A DNA stretch of 64,000 bases from Chlorokybus atmophyticus. Lineage: Eukaryota; Plantae; Mesostigma and Chlorokybus algae. Shown here piece by piece: positions 37,096 through 48,079 of the stretch (position 1 is the stretch's first letter; each line of letters starts with the position of its first letter). Location: NCBI GenBank assembly GCA_009103225.1, contig RHPI01002204.1:310001-374000 (forward strand). Reading direction: 5' to 3'. Below the pieces are notes generated by a model. That model had not been told where the DNA came from. It saw only the letters and a program-made list of their open reading frames with translations, and searched no databases. The translations under genes and the position numbers were made by a program.

Positions 37096-38565
37096 CACAC
37101 CCACCCACCCAACGCAATCGCCGACCCCCGCCGCCCACCAGCACCACCCGCCAAGCAATGCCCCCATTCACGACCGATATATCAACGCCAAACAGAAGTC
37201 AGCGCGCTGATATCCACCGGACGGCGGCAACATTCACATCCGACCAACAGCGTCAACCGCCGTTTACTTAACAGAACCACACGCACCTTCCACCATGCAA
37301 CAGCGTTAAACATCGCATGAACATGCGTGGACAACAGCGTTGTGTCGACCACTCAACACCCTCAGCCGACGCTAGTCGATCAGCGCAGACACTAGACAAT
37401 GCACCATTGATCACCCGATCAACTACAACCAGGTCAGCGGTGTCAATAAACGTTGCAACACCGCCATCCCACGCGTTTCAGCAGACCAACACCAACAGCA
37501 GCCGCGCGCACAGCGCTGCCAGGCCTGGCCTAAGCTTTGCCCGGCGAGAGGCCTCTGGCTTTCTGACTGTGTATCCGGGCGCGTCTACGAAGTACTTAAA
37601 ACGTCATCATGTTTACGCGGCCTCAGCTCCCCTCAACGGACGGTCGTTCTTCCCACTGTCCAGCATGCTTTCCCCATTGATAGGTGAACGGACAGAGGTG
37701 ACACTGTGAGAGACGTGCAAACGGTCGGTATCTGGCTTTGCGGGTTCTCATGTAGGCGGCGACGGCGGCGGCGGCGGTGCTGGTGGCGGCGAGGCAAGGG
37801 TGAGCGAGGTTTACGGCGTATCCTAAGCTGCTTCAGCTCGTGGTCGTGAGGTCGGCGATGGCGGAGGGTCAGCATGCGCCGGTGTGGCCTGGGGCTGAGC
37901 CTGGCAGGTGAAGCCGGCGGCCGGGTTGAGAGAAGGGGCGCTTTTGCAACGGTACGAACAAATAGCTGTATATCACGCACTGTTACCATTGCATCGTCGC
38001 TGCCTAGCCATATGCTCCGTGCACCGGCTTTTAACCTCTGCCTTGGTCGCTTTCCTGGTGGCATAAAGTCAGAGCGTTTCTTGCATTTATGAGAGGGATG
38101 GTCATTTGGAGTGTTTGTATGTGTTGTATAACATGGTGCATCATTGCCTGCTAGCCTGCAGAAACCGCTGTGGTCAGCCTGTCAAGCCTGTTGCAAGCTG
38201 CATGACGCTCCTACATCTTTTCCTTTGTGCACGAGCCTGTTACCCTAAGTGCACAACGTTGAGCTCAGCGATGACGTGACTGCGTTGAAAGTTGGCTACA
38301 TACTAAAACGCGCTCACCCTGCATTATGATGTCACTGGAACACAGCAGGTCATACGCGGCAGTGAGTGAGGTGGGTATGTTTCGGCGTCACTCACCAGCA
38401 CTGAAAAGGTATCACAAATCCGTGTGCATCAGTCTTACTGCTTTATATTGTTCTTATTGCATGTCACAGCTTGCGTCTGCACAGAAACAGCCGATGTGCA
38501 ACGAGTGCTGTAAGTCATGCTGAACATTGCAGGTTGAGTAGGCGGGCAGTGGCCCGTAAGTGATC

Positions 38566-40796
38566 ATGCCGGCTGCCAAAGCAGCAAAGGCAAGTGTGGA
38601 CAACATTGTTACAGTCAGCAAGCGAAGGCTCACTGTTTTGGACGCATGGATCCCGAAAGTTTTCAAGTGGCAAGCCGAGTTGCAAGAATTGCTGGAGTGG
38701 TTAGACAATAAGGCAAAAGAGTGCAAAACAGCCCTCAAGGTGCGTTGCTCTTGCATACCCATGTGGGTGCTAAGTATGCCAACAATGTTGTCCTGTTGTA
38801 GTAAGGACTGGTGCGGTTTGCTTGTAACGGTGCTCAGCCCTTGATTGCATGTACGTAGAATGTGCAGGTTGCTGCGGAGCCTCCTCAGGCAGGCTTGAGG
38901 CATGCAAGAACATGGAGGCTTGAGGCATGCAAGGACATGGAGCATGAAAACAAAGAGAACATCTCTGCTGCAGTCCCAGCAGTCAAAGACAGCATCAACC
39001 CCTTGGAGGACTGTTGTCCCCAGCAACCTCCGATCTTGTATGCGGATGCTGAGCAGCCGCAAACCAGCACCCCGCCAGCACCACCAAGGAGCGCATTTGC
39101 AGTTCAAGAAGTCACGGCAGTCACGCCGATGATGACCGCTGCCCTCGCGGCACCTACACCGGTGACAGAACCGCGGCGAGCACCGCGCGTAGCTGACAGT
39201 ATTCCAGCTGCCATGGCACATTCGGCAGCTAAGGACTCACCAGGCTCTGCTGTGGCTGTAGCGGAGACGCCTGCAACAGCAGAGAAACCCGTGCCCAAGG
39301 CTGCTGCACAGTCGCCACCTTCCTTGCCCAGACGCTCTCCTCGGCTAGCATCCACCCAGAAGACACCGGAAGTGGAACAGGTAAGCATGCAGGAGGCAGG
39401 GTCATGAGTGTTCTACTTGTACATAATGTAACCAGTGCAACCCCTGCAGGTTGCTGATGCTAAGATGGTGACGGATGACAGCGATGCACGTGCCAAGGCA
39501 TCACCAGCACTATCAGGTCCTGAGCTTCAATCTGCTAAGGCTGCAGAACCGGCAAAGCCTCCACAGCAAATGAACAACCTCGTGTCCTTGGTGAAGTCGT
39601 TTTTGCCTTGCGTCATCTGCGCGCCAGCTGCGGAGCCTCTGGCTAACAATAAAAAGAACATCAAGGTACATGCGCAAACAGCGCAAATGCTGCAGCAGAA
39701 CATGCATAGCCTGCCTGGATGTGGGAGGGAGAATTTTGGCTTGAGTAGTCAGCGCTGCTTGCAAACAATAATGCTGTCGTGTAACAGGTGAAAGCATTGG
39801 AGGTTGCAAAGGCAGCAAGGCTTGAAGAACAGCAGCGGTTAGAAGAGCGCCAGGCACGCAAAGCCCTTCTGGACAAGCAAAGGCTAGACAGGCAGCAGCA
39901 GGAGCGAGAGGAACAGCAGCGTTTGGAGCAGCGGCAGGCAAAGATAGCCTTAGCAGAGAAGCAGAAGTTACAGAAGCAGCAGTTGCTGCAGCAGCACCCG
40001 AAGCCCCAGCTCAAGACCCCGGCGAAGAAGAAGCAGATGGCGAGCAGACCTGAAGAAGGGCAGGCCAGGAAGGGAGATGCAGCCGTGAACAGTACCTCCA
40101 AACTGCCAGCTCTTGCAGTGTCCAAACAGGTTCCTGGAAGCAGCCCCAGGCCAATTAGCAAGCTGCCCATGGTGCAGGCCCAGCCAAGCTTCGCAGCTGA
40201 ACAGCCGCGCACAGAGCCTTCCAGGCCTGCGCTTGGGGCACTTCCGGTTAACACCACCTCCAAACCCAAGACACCTTTGCGACCTCAGGGCAATGCAGGT
40301 TGGCCAACATGCGGCAGTAGTCGCAGTAGTGATATTGGGTGTGTGTGTAAGCCGGTCGTTTCTTACACGGTGCACTTTGCAGCTGCTCCTGCCTCATCTC
40401 CGCACGAGCCTGAGTACGTCATCTCTCCATACAAGAGCGGCTCCGACTCTGATGACGATCACCACGAGACAAAGCCAGTGCCATCTTGGGCACGCAGCAC
40501 AGCATTATGGCCTGCACTATGCCAGCAAGTAAGTTGCCCTTTGAGTAATGGTCACAAGTTGACGGTGTCAGGCCATCATGCGACATCCTGACAAGTGCAA
40601 ACCGCTCAGGCCAAACTGGACCCAGACACCATCTTTGTGTCCAGCAAGACCTGCAGCCTTGAGGAGATCTTCCAGTACAATGGTTCAAAGAGGAAAAGAG
40701 ACTTCAACCGCAGATCCGACTCAGGCAACTGGCTGGAAGATCGGCTCACGTGGCAGGAAAGAGCTCGCGTACAAGAAAGACATGGGTTTTGCTTAG
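38566..40796 (+). CDS. INCENP: inner centromere protein (INCENP/WYRD-like), ~6 exons
   Basis: Helical N-terminus, ENKEN (KEN box), long charged single-helix region (EEQQRLEERQARK..) and C-terminal IN-box PSWAR..DPDTIF..CSLEEIF..RRSDSGNW..DRLT. One extra A at ~40758 shifts the terminal EELAYKKDMGFA*. Confidence 0.85.
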
Positions 40797-42642
40797 GGAC
40801 GTGCGCATTGTGGCATTGCGAATTGGATTGTCATACATTCCACATGCAGTTGGTCTTACTTGTGCTTGTGGCACACAGGCTCACACCTGCAGCCTGTTCT
40901 GTAAAGCCTGCACAGGGATACATGGTCGTGCTGCGTGCTGCATGTGATACACATTGATTGGGGAGTAAGAGTATGTTGCGCTTAGCTCAGCGCTAGTGCT
41001 ACTTGTTTCTATATATCGTCAACAGTACTGCGCTTGAGGTCTACCTTTGGCATTGGTGGTATGAGCAATCTGTATTTTCAACCAATAATGCTGACCATGT
41101 GTGTTGCGTGGCGATTGCAACAAGTCAGGAGCAATTCCTGGTGATTGGTGCATGTGTATGGATATGAGGCAGTATATACATAGCTAGCAAGCGAATGCTT
41201 CCTATGTGAGAGCAGGTGTGCAGGCAAGTGGTAAAACATAGCAGCGCGATATGGCATCGGCCGACTTGCAGTACCGACTTGCAGTACCTTATATACATAC
41301 CTCCACACTCAAAGCGTCTGTAGAGACGGTGTGCTATGAGTGGCCGAGACGCTCAGCGTCTCTGCCGGTTGGCTAGTGTATGGCACATTACATGTATAAG
41401 TCCCTAATCTAGCCTAGGGTTTTACATCCCCCTAACCGGGCCGGGATTTTACATTTGGTGCAGACTGTTGATATACAACCCTTGCTAAGGCTTGGATATC
41501 AGCAATGTCATTCTGCTTGCTGGCGTTGCTGCCATGGGCGGCGGCGGCAGCGGCGGCGCAGAAGGAGGCGGCGGAGCCAATATATTGTGCATTGTTATTG
41601 GGTGGCGGCACTGGTTGGTTTATTGTGCAAGACTCCACGTTTGTGTACTCCACTGGTTGGTCAATACGTTGCCTGTCTGCGCGTGCGCGTGTGCTGGGTA
41701 TCAATGTGCATGTGTTGGTGGGTAGGTGGCTAGTTGAGTGGCATAGGCAACAACAACATTAGCATACGCGTTGCTGGCATGAGCTATTTGATGAGAACCC
41801 ACAACATTGTGTACGTATGTGCATGTGTGGTTCTTTTTTCTGTTGCTGCGTGTGTGTAGCATAGGCGTGTGAATGCCTACAACTGCTCATTAACTAGCTC
41901 AACCCTGAACCAAGCTTGCTTGTGCTAAGGCTGTCAAACCGGAATTGAGGTAAAGCAAGTTGCGAAAGCTAAACTGCATGTAAAAAACATCCATTCTGCA
42001 TGTGAACAGCACAAGCGCAATGTATTGGCATCCCCATGGGCCATGGGCAACAATGCAAGGGGCTATTTAGGCAACATACACTTGCTGGGATTTAAGTTGC
42101 GCTGGCTCCAACCAATTGTGGACACCCCTCTTAGTGCGGAACTCTTGCAGCATTCGCGAATATATCGACGATTTGGTGGTGGTCGGTGTGCCTGAGTTTA
42201 ATTCCTTTATGTATCAGGTTGAGGGTGCTTTGGGTGGGGGGTTGTACAAATGAAAGATACAGCCCGAACCATATATGGTTTCCCGATCACGAGCCATGCA
42301 TTTTATTCTTGGGCCAATTCCACAGCCATATATGACATGACTGATGCGGGGAACCCCGAGCCATATATGGTGCACGTCGGTCCTGATCGCCGGTTCGCGA
42401 CTATACTGGTGGTAAATAAATGATATATCCACGCCAGGCATGGTGGAGAAACATACCGCCATACATGGCCATGACAGTTACCACCACACGGTCCTGCATA
42501 TACACCAACCATGATCATAATCATTGTAACGGGAAGGTACATTAGATTACACAAATCGACCATAAAAGCACCAAGTCTTTTGTGGTCGAGTGGGTTGTGA
42601 CATTGGTCATCGGAACTGAGACCCGGTTTTGATTCCTGCCTT

Positions 42643-45600
42643 TGTAGCGACGCAATGCTTATTATCAGTGTCCTGATTAGCGCCGCATTATCAACATGCT
42701 CTTAGTCAGCCAGCGAGGCCACGCGCCTCAATAGAATGCACAGTAGATATTGCATTAGCCAATAGCATGCTTTGTTTCTCATAAGCTTGTACTAGCTACA
42801 TGCCACACTTGAGCCCTATTTAAGCGGGCCCTTTCTATTCCATTAATTCAGTCTTGCTTATTATCACCTGCTCAGTGTGGCTTGCTATATGCATGTGAGA
42901 TGCCGCCGTTATAGTGAGTGCCGACATTACATTGGTGGAGACGCGGATTGAGTGCCTTTTCACCACTCACCGCCCCTGCTTACGACAATTCAGTTATATA
43001 TTGTCACCGATTTTATTCTTTTTTCTGTTACCGGCTCCGGCATTTTATCTTTATTTTCAGTCAACGTTGACCTTCATGGCGCATAACACACGCGGCCGAG
43101 CCGCCGAAGGCAACGTGACCCCTCCTGAAGCAGACTCGGCGTCCGCCGCCATGGCGGGCGTCCTCGACCGCATTGTTGACAGGCTTGAGCACCTGTCGGC
43201 GACGAACCCTGGTACCGCCGCACAGTCCGCGGCTCAGCAGCAGGCGGGCCGCGACCGACGCGCCCGGCCTGACAAGTTTTCAGGCGATCGCACCAAGGAA
43301 GTACGACACTGGCTTGCCGAGGTCAGCCAGTACGCCGAGTACCATGGATGGGACGACGCCGCCAAGTGCCGCGAGGTCTCCCTTCTACTAACTGGTACTG
43401 CCGCTGGTTGGTTCATTAACCAACCCATTGACATCAAAACCACCTGGTCCAAGCTCCGTGATGCATTACTTTTTGCCTTTTCGGCAACACCAGCTACATC
43501 CGCCTCAGCATGGTCACATATCTTCGCCATGAAGCAACGTGAACAGGAGACGGTCACCGAGTATTTTGTGCGCTTTAATGAGACCCTGGTGTTTGCGGAT
43601 GATAATTTAACAAAAAAGACCAGAATTGGTTTGTTTTGGGCCACCGTCAAACCACATTATAGAGACAGAGCAGCAACATCTCATGCTAACACATTGGAGG
43701 AAGCTTTTGCAATAGCAAGGAGGGTAGAAGCAACAATTAATGATTTACAGCCCAGTTAGTTGCCCAAAGTGACTTTAAATGCACAGTCAGTTGCTCCAAG
43801 ACCCCATAGTCAGTTTAACCGCTCACAGCCACGCCGATTTGTTGCCAACAGTGGCGGCAACGTACGCCACTCCCACATTCGTGGCAAGTCACGTCATGAT
43901 GGCTACCAGTCACGTCAGCATGCACAGCAGCGTCCCATGCCGAAATTCAATCAACAGGGGGAACCAAGATGTTTTAATTGCAACAAATATGGTCATTATG
44001 CCAATGATTGTCGCTTGGCAGGCCGCCGCATGCAGCAGAACGCCATGCTTACTACCGGCGAGGAGAACACGCCGCTCATCACTCATTTTGACATCCAAGC
44101 AGTGACATCTGCGACAGCAGCAGCCAGAGGCGTGTGCACCGTTTTTGGCAAGTTGGAGGGCAAGCCAGTGAATGTTCTCTTTGACACCGGCTCCTCAATT
44201 TCGTCAGTGTCCTCTGCACTCGCCGCCGAGCTTGGCTTACCAGTCACGTCAGCCCCACGCATTACTGTACAGTTTGGTGATGGCCACATCACCGCCGAAT
44301 CTGCTACTGCCTGCTCTGCTACCCTCATCATTGGAGAGGCGTACACCCAACGTTGGAGGTTCCGCATCTTGCCAACACAGCTGTTTGATGTGGTCCTCGG
44401 CACTGACTGGTTGAGGGCGACAGACTGCAGTGTGTCTGCGCACTTTCTGCGGTTTCCTGACGGCACGGAGACTGCGCTGTCCCCACCAACTACTGTGTGT
44501 GCTACCACTATCGCTGCTCATGTCCCGCTCTCAACAGTGCACGTACCAATACGTGTCCGGCCTCAGTCGCTGCCAGTTCAATCTACTGGAGTGTCAGCTC
44601 TGCTGTCGGAGTATGCAGCACTGTTCGAAGCACCGGATCCTGCAAAAACCACTGACGTTGTACAACATGTCATTGATACGAGGGGGGCGAGGCCTGTTCA
44701 CATCAGACAGTACAGGCGCTCACGGCAGGAAAACACTTTGGTGGAGGACCTTGTCAAAGATATGTTGGAGGAGGGCTTTATTGTACCATCCTCAGAATGG
44801 TGCAGTCAGGTGGTCCTCGTGGACAAGCCTGACGGCGGCAAACGTTTTTGCGTTGATTACAGAGCACTGAATGACGTAACAGTAAAGGACAAGTATCCAC
44901 TGCCGAACATAGATTCCATGTTTGACAGACTGCAAGAGTACAACGTATTCTCCAAGATGGACGCTGCCTCTGGATTCTGGCAGGTCCGTATGCACGCTGA
45001 GAGCCGTGCAAAGACAGCATTTCAAACGGAATCTGGTCTATACGAATGGACTGTCATGCCTTTTGGCTTGTGCAACGCGCCAGCAACATTTCAACGTCTG
45101 ATGCACAGTATTCTACGTGACCTGCCCTTCGTACTTATCTACCTCGACGACATTCTGGTGTGTTCTCGAGATGAAGAGGAGCACGCTACTCATCTGCGGC
45201 AGGTGTTTGAGCGGCTCACCGCAGCAGGCATCGTACTGAAGGAACCTAAGTGCCTGTTCGCTGTCTCCTCTTTACGGTTCTTAGGCTTTATCGTGTCATC
45301 TGAGGGCCTGCGCGTTGACCCTGACAAGACCAACGCCATCAGTGAGTACCCTCAGCCTTATGGTGTTAAGGCTGTACGTCGATTCCTTGGCATGTGTGCG
45401 TTCTACGCACGTTTTGTTCCTGGCTTTGCTACCGTATCAGCGCCACTGCGTGCTCTCGTGTGCAAGGACGCTAGCTTTGAGTGGACAGAGAATTGTCAGA
45501 AGGCATTCGTTCAGTTGAAGACAGCACTGGCTTCGGCACCGCTGCTTCACTTCCCTGACTTCTCATCAAGCTTTGTATTGCGCACGGATGCAAGCAACTA

Positions 45601-48079
45601 TGGGCTCGGGCTTGTGTTGCTACAATACTCTTGCGCGCACGGTGCGTATGCGCCATTGTTGTTCGCATCGCGCTCGTTGACATCCGCGGAGAAGAACTAC
45701 ACCACGACGGAGCGCGAGTGTCTTGCGGTGGTGTGGGCGTTCAACAAGCTTCATCCTTACCTACATGGTGCGGACGTGCAACTCGAGACCGACCATAGCG
45801 CATTGGTGCAACTCTTGCGTACGAAGCAACCTAAAGGTCGCATTGCTCGGTGGGTGCTATCCTTGCAAGCATACACCTACACTATCTCGCACCGCCCGGG
45901 TACATTGTGTGGTGATGTTGACGCGCTTTCGCGCGCACCCGTTGATGATGTTCAAGCCGCACGCGTGGTGTTAGAGATACCACCACCTCCACGCCGAACA
46001 CGCAGCAGCATCACACGTTCAGCATCAGCAACCAGCAACAGCAGCGCACAGCGGCAGCAGACAGCATCGTATGAGGGAACTGTGCAGACTTCACGCACTG
46101 CAAGTTCTCCCCCTGTTTACTCATCCTTCATTGATGAGCCCTACCAGGACGTTCCTGCTGGTTCTTACAACCCTACTGAACCCTACGAAGACAACCTCAG
46201 CGCCAGCGACACCACCGCCGCTCCTGTGCAGCTGCCTGCACCGCTCTACAAGGCCGCCCCAAGCACTACCCCTCAGCGTATTCCAGCTGAGATTAGACAA
46301 AATACAACGTCTCCGGTGCTACAACCACGCCAGTCATCTTCTACTCTTCAAGATCTACAGGACAAGCATGCAACATTGCCTCCGCCGCCGCCGTTGCCCT
46401 CACCCTCAACGCCACAAACCACACCGCCGCCAACTTCCTGGCCCAGTCCGACTAGGCCAGCCCTGCCCAGCGTAACCGAGTTACGCGGGGCCCAGATATC
46501 GGACTCGGCGATATCTAAAGTTCGCGATATCGTGAAAGCTGACGTCGCAGGTACCGTCCCCAGTGGCACCTTGATCTCGTACTCGGTACACGGCGCGCTT
46601 AGTACAGGCGATCTGCTGTACGCGCGCGTCGCAGGATCAGAGCCGCGCCTCGTCATTCCGGCGCGTTACAAGTCCCTTTATTTAGCGGCTTGTCATGATG
46701 ACCCACTGATGGGCCATTTAGGGTTTCACAAGACACTGGAGCGCGTGCGCTCGTTGTACTTTTGGCACGGCCTCCGCGAGGACGTGCACAATTTTGTGAA
46801 ATCGTGTGACATTTGTCAGCGTCACAATGATGCCCACGGCAAGGCCGCGGGATTACTGCAGCCCATCACCGTTACAGAGCCGTTCGATTTGTTGGCCTGG
46901 GACATCACCGGTCCTCTGCCAACATCAGCATCCGGCAATCAGTACATCATCGTATGCTCAGAGTACGTAACACGCTGGACGGAGACGGCACCCATTGCGG
47001 CTGTCAATGCTGACACCGTGGCATCCTTTCTGCTTGCCATCATCAAGCGCCACGGCTGCCCTAAGAAGATCCTGTCCGACTGTGGCTCATATTTTACCGG
47101 TGATGTAATGGCGCGCGTTGCCAGTGCCCTCGGCATCGCACAAACCTTCACCTCACCGTACCACCCTCAAACGGACGGCCTGGTGGAGCGTATGAACAGG
47201 ACGCTCAAACGGACAATTTCCAAGTATATTAACGAGTTTCATAACAATTGGGACTCAATTCTGGGGGCTGTGACCTTTGCCTACAACACCTCTATTCACG
47301 CCTCCACCGGTCATACGCCTTTTCGCCTGTTGTATGACCGAGAAGCCCAGCTGCCGCCACAGGCCCAGTTGCCCTCATTCGGCCCAGCCATTGATGGTAC
47401 TACTTGGTACCGCCAACTCACACAGGAGTTGCCCATTTTGCGGGAGGTAGCAGCTGACAACCTACGTACGGCACAAGAACGCCAGAAGAAAAATCATGAC
47501 GCTCGCCACAAGATGGTGGAGTACAACGTGGGTGACCAGGTCCTTGTGAAGACCGTGCGCATGACTTCCAAGAAGCGCGAGTATGGCTACGATGGGGTCA
47601 TTCATCACACGGTAAAACTGAAGCCCAGATGGTCCGGTCCTTATATAGTGTTGGAACGCATCCGCCCCAACACATATAAACTTGAGAGGAGGGACTATAC
47701 ACCAGGTGCAAGGAAGACCAGTAACATCCAACATGTTTCTAACATGACGCCTTATTTCGAGCGTAGCTCTCCTTTTTAAGGAGAGGGTAATGTAGCGACG
47801 CAATGCTTATTATCAGTGTCCTGATTAGCGCCGCATTATCAACATGCTCTTAGTCAGCCAGCGAGGCCACGCGCCTCAATAGAATGCACAGTAGATATTG
47901 CATTAGCCAATAGCATGCTTTGTTTCTCATAAGCTTGTACTAGCTACATGCCACACTTGAGCCCTATTTAAGCGGGCCCTTTCTATTCCATTAATTCAGT
48001 CTTGCTTATTATCACCTGCTCAGTGTGGCTTGCTATATGCATGTGAGATGCCGCCGTTATAGTGAGTGCCGACATTACA
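42643..48079 (+). mobile_element. young full-length Ty3/Gypsy (no chromodomain)
   Basis: 289-bp LTRs (42643-42931, 47791-48079), identical by eye. 4-bp TSD CCTT. PBS TGGTGGAGACGCGG (tRNA-Ala-like). PPT AAGGAGAGGGTAA. Confidence 0.97.
43076..47779 (+). CDS. Gag-Pol in one frame with an in-frame TAG at 43757-43759
   Basis: Gag capsid, then TAG, then CFNCNKYGHYANDC, LFDTGS (PR), YLDDIL (RT), TDAS (RNase H), HDDPLMGH..CDIC and DDE integrase. No other stops. Confidence 0.93.

Larger units (their letters stand above)
26218..37569 (+). mobile_element. AcademX-type DNA transposon (11,352 bp) with cargo genes
   Basis: Perfect 21-bp TIRs CAGTCAGAAAGCCAGAGGCCT (26218-26238) and AGGCCTCTGGCTTTCTGACTG (37549-37569). 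4-bp TSD TGTA (26214-26217 and 37570-37573). CA..TG termini. Internal gene has transposase, XPG-like and Cys8 motifs. Confidence 0.88.

Noticed and set aside
37633-38092. Arg/Pro-rich ORFs next to the Academ right end
   Set aside because: Explained by a GCC-rich promoter-type tract upstream of INCENP; no family motif.
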